DNA of 51,821 nt from Beijerinckiaceae bacterium (GTDB lineage Bacteria > Pseudomonadota > Alphaproteobacteria > Rhizobiales > Beijerinckiaceae), in contig JAKONI010000109.1 of the NCBI GenBank assembly GCA_022702015.1, positions 1 to 51,821 of the forward strand, read 5' to 3'. How positions within the stretch are numbered: the stretch's first letter is position 1; every line of letters begins with the position of its first letter. The position numbers were made by a program, and so were the translations under genes. Under the pieces are notes generated by a model. It worked only from the letters and a program-made list of their open reading frames with translations. It ran no database searches and was not told the origin of the DNA. Positions 49,388 through 51,821 of this stretch are shown one piece after another.

Positions 49388-51821
49388 ATGGCCAAGCCCC
49401 AACCGAAGCCGCAACCCCCTGCGCCGAAGGTGCAGACCGCCCGGTTCGCCCTGCCGAAATCCTCCGCCCTGGCCAAGGCCATGGAGGCGCTCAAGCGCGG
49501 CGACAGCCCGACGCTCGCGGGCGTGCCCGAGGGGTTCGACGCGGTGGTGGCCGCCGACCTCGCCCGGGCACTCGCCCCCGCCGCCAAGGGTCCGGCGGTG
49601 CTCGTCCACGTGGCGCGGGATTCGGGACGCTCGGCGGCGTTCCAGTCGGCGCTCGGCTTCGCCGCGCCCGAACTCGACGTGATGTCTCTGCCGGCCTGGG
49701 ACTGCCAGCCCTACGACCGGGTCTCCCCCACCACCGGCGTCACCGCCCAACGGGTGACGGCGCTCGCCCGGCTCGCCCGGACGCGATCCTCGGAGGAGCG
49801 CCCGCGCATCCTCTGCACCACCATCAACGCCCTGGTACAGCGGGTGCCGCCGCAGGCCCACATCGCCCGCGAGACCTTCTCGGCGGCGGTGGGCAACGCC
49901 GTGGCGATGGACGGGATCGTCGCCTGGGTGGAGGCGAACGGCTTCCTGCGCACCGGCACCGTCCGCGATACCGGCGAATACGCCGTGCGCGGCGGCATCC
50001 TCGATCTGTCGCCGCCGGGCCTGCCGGCCCCGATCCGCCTCGATTTCTTCGGCGACACGCTGGAATCGATCCGCGCCTTCGACCCCGAGACCCAGCGCAC
50101 CACCGGCCAGTTGCGCTCCCTCGACCTCGTGCCGATGAGCGAGGTGCAGCTCACCACCGAGACCATCCGGCGCTTCCGCCAGAACTACATCCAGAGCTTC
50201 GGCGCCGCGACCCGCGACGACCGCCTGTACGAGACGGTGAGCGAAGGCCGCCGCTATGCCGGCCTCGAACACTGGATGCCGCTGTTCTACGACCGCCTCG
50301 ATACCCTGTTCGACTATCTCGCCGGAGTGCCACTGCTGCTCGATCCGCAGGTGGAGGAGGCCGCCGCCGAGCGCATCGCCCTGGTGCAGGACTACTTCCA
50401 GGCCCGCGAGACCGCCCTCAAGAACCCGCAGGCCGGCGTGGCGCCCTACAAGCCCCTGCCGCCCCGCGCCCTCTACCTGATGCAGAACGAGCTGAAGGAG
50501 CGCCTCGCCACCGCCACGGTGGCGCGGATGACGCCCTTCGCGCAGCCCGATTCCGACGAGCGGGCGGTGATCGATTGCGGCGCCAAGCCCGGCCGCAGCT
50601 TCGCCCCCGAGCGGACGGACGAGCACGCCAGCGTCTTCGATGCGGCGGTGGCCCACATCCGCGACCTCATGGGATCCGGTCATCACGTGATCCTAGGATC
50701 CTGGTCCGACGGATCGAGGGACCGGCTCTGCGGCGTCCTCTCCGATCACGGGCTCAAGAAGCCCATGGCGATCACGCGCCTCTCCGACGTCTACGCCCTG
50801 AAACGCGGCACCGACACGGCGGTGGCGGTGTGGGGGCTGGACGCGGGCTTCACCGTGGGCGAACTCGCCGTCGTGTCCGAGGGCGACATCCTCGGCGACC
50901 GGCTGGTGCGCCAGAAGCGCAAGGCCAAGCGGCCGCAGGACGTGATCCTGGAGGTCCAGGCCCTCCAGCCCGGCGACCTCGTGGTCCACGCCGACCACGG
51001 CATCGGCCGGTTCATCGGCCTCAAGACCATCCACGCGGCGGGCGCCCCGCACGATTGCCTGGAACTGCAATACAACGGCGGGCAATTGCTGCTGCCGGTT
51101 GAGAACATCGAGCTTCTCACCCGTTACGGCTCGGAGGATTCCGAGGTCGCCCTGGATCGCCTCGGCGGCGGGGCGTGGCAGGCCCGCAAGGCCAAGATGA
51201 AGCGCCGCATCCTCGAGATGGCGGGCGAACTCATCAAGATCGCGGCCCAGCGCTTCGTGAAGAAGGCGCCGCTCCTCAAAGCCCCGGAGGGCCTCTACGA
51301 GGAGTTCGCCGCCCGCTTCCCCTTCGAGGAGACCGAGGATCAGGCCGGCGCCATCGACGCGGTGCTGGACGACCTCAATGCCGGCCGGCCCATGGACCGG
51401 CTGGTCTGCGGCGATGTCGGCTTCGGCAAGACCGAGGTGGCGCTGCGGGCCGCCTTCGCGGGGGCCATCTCGGGCAAGCAGGTGGCGGTGGTGGTGCCGA
51501 CCACCCTGCTCGCCCGCCAGCACTACCGGACCTTCGCCGAGCGGTTCAAAGGCCTGCCGATCGAGGTGGCGCAGCTCTCCCGCTTCGTCTCGGCCGGCGA
51601 GATGAAGCAGACCCGCGCCGGGCTGGCGGCGGGCACCGTGGACATCGTGGTGGGCACACACGCCCTGCTGGCGAAGACCGTCGCCTTCAAGGACCTCGGC
51701 CTGCTGATCGTGGACGAGGAGCAGCATTTCGGAGTCAGCCACAAGGAACGGTTGAAGGCGCTCCAGGCGGATGTCCACGTGCTCACCCTGTCGGCGACGC
51801 CGATCCCGCGCACCCTGCAAC
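49388..51821 (+). CDS. mfd: Transcription-repair coupling factor (runs off the window end; not in the ORF track)
   Basis: Manual translation: PAWDCQPYDRVSP, GEYAVRGGILD, VVHADHGIG, RLVCGDVGFGKTEVA, VDEEQHFG, LSATPIPRTL. Confidence 0.96.
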   Translation, partial: MAKPQPKPQPPAPKVQTARFALPKSSALAKAMEALKRGDSPTLAGVPEGFDAVVAADLARALAPAAKGPAVLVHVARDSGRSAAFQSALGFAAPELDVMSLPAWDCQPYDRVSPTTGVTAQRVTALARLARTRSSEERPRILCTTINALVQRVPPQAHIARETFSAAVGNAVAMDGIVAWVEANGFLRTGTVRDTGEYAVRGGILDLSPPGLPAPIRLDFFGDTLESIRAFDPETQRTTGQLRSLDLVPMSEVQLTTETIRRFRQNYIQSFGAATRDDRLYETVSEGRRYAGLEHWMPLFYDRLDTLFDYLAGVPLLLDPQVEEAAAERIALVQDYFQARETALKNPQAGVAPYKPLPPRALYLMQNELKERLATATVARMTPFAQPDSDERAVIDCGAKPGRSFAPERTDEHASVFDAAVAHIRDLMGSGHHVILGSWSDGSRDRLCGVLSDHGLKKPMAITRLSDVYALKRGTDTAVAVWGLDAGFTVGELAVVSEGDILGDRLVRQKRKAKRPQDVILEVQALQPGDLVVHADHGIGRFIGLKTIHAAGAPHDCLELQYNGGQLLLPVENIELLTRYGSEDSEVALDRLGGGAWQARKAKMKRRILEMAGELIKIAAQRFVKKAPLLKAPEGLYEEFAARFPFEETEDQAGAIDAVLDDLNAGRPMDRLVCGDVGFGKTEVALRAAFAGAISGKQVAVVVPTTLLARQHYRTFAERFKGLPIEVAQLSRFVSAGEMKQTRAGLAAGTVDIVVGTHALLAKTVAFKDLGLLIVDEEQHFGVSHKERLKALQADVHVLTLSATPIPRTLQ

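Noticed and set aside
49342-51102. 586-aa plus-strand ORF suggesting a frameshifted or novel gene
   Set aside because: Off-frame. The real frame from ATG 49388 is mfd, which has no stop inside the window and so is absent from the track

Overview
Very GC-rich alphaproteobacterial chromosomal segment, most consistent with Methylobacterium (inferred from gene content, including a Chloroflexus-type malyl-CoA lyase and ECF/CtrA-like promoter motifs). It is mostly core and stress genes: metC, a lipid A glycosylation-type operon, an MCP, a hybrid histidine kinase, gyrA, uvsE, msrB, dctA, an OmpR-type two-component system, a LysM/M23 lipoprotein, rlmJ, RNase T2, moaE, nikR plus a TonB receptor, and mfd running off the right end. 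Two stand-alone toxin-antitoxin islets (vapBC, hicAB) each carry a palindromic operator. I found no tRNA, rRNA, CRISPR array, transposase or integrase. The most notable observations are: (1) a tandem two-domain gamma-carbonic-anhydrase-like protein whose domains have lost complementary halves of the metal site, next to a NikR-regulated TonB receptor; (2) a 58-aa RMF/CrpP-fold gene missing from the ORF track, behind an EcfG-like promoter; (3) a secreted peptide with a Tyr/Gly/Arg/His repeat tail; (4) two copies of a REP-doublet-like element with compensatory base changes; (5) a CYTH pseudoenzyme with a long disordered tail. All family calls come from motif recognition by eye; no searches were run.
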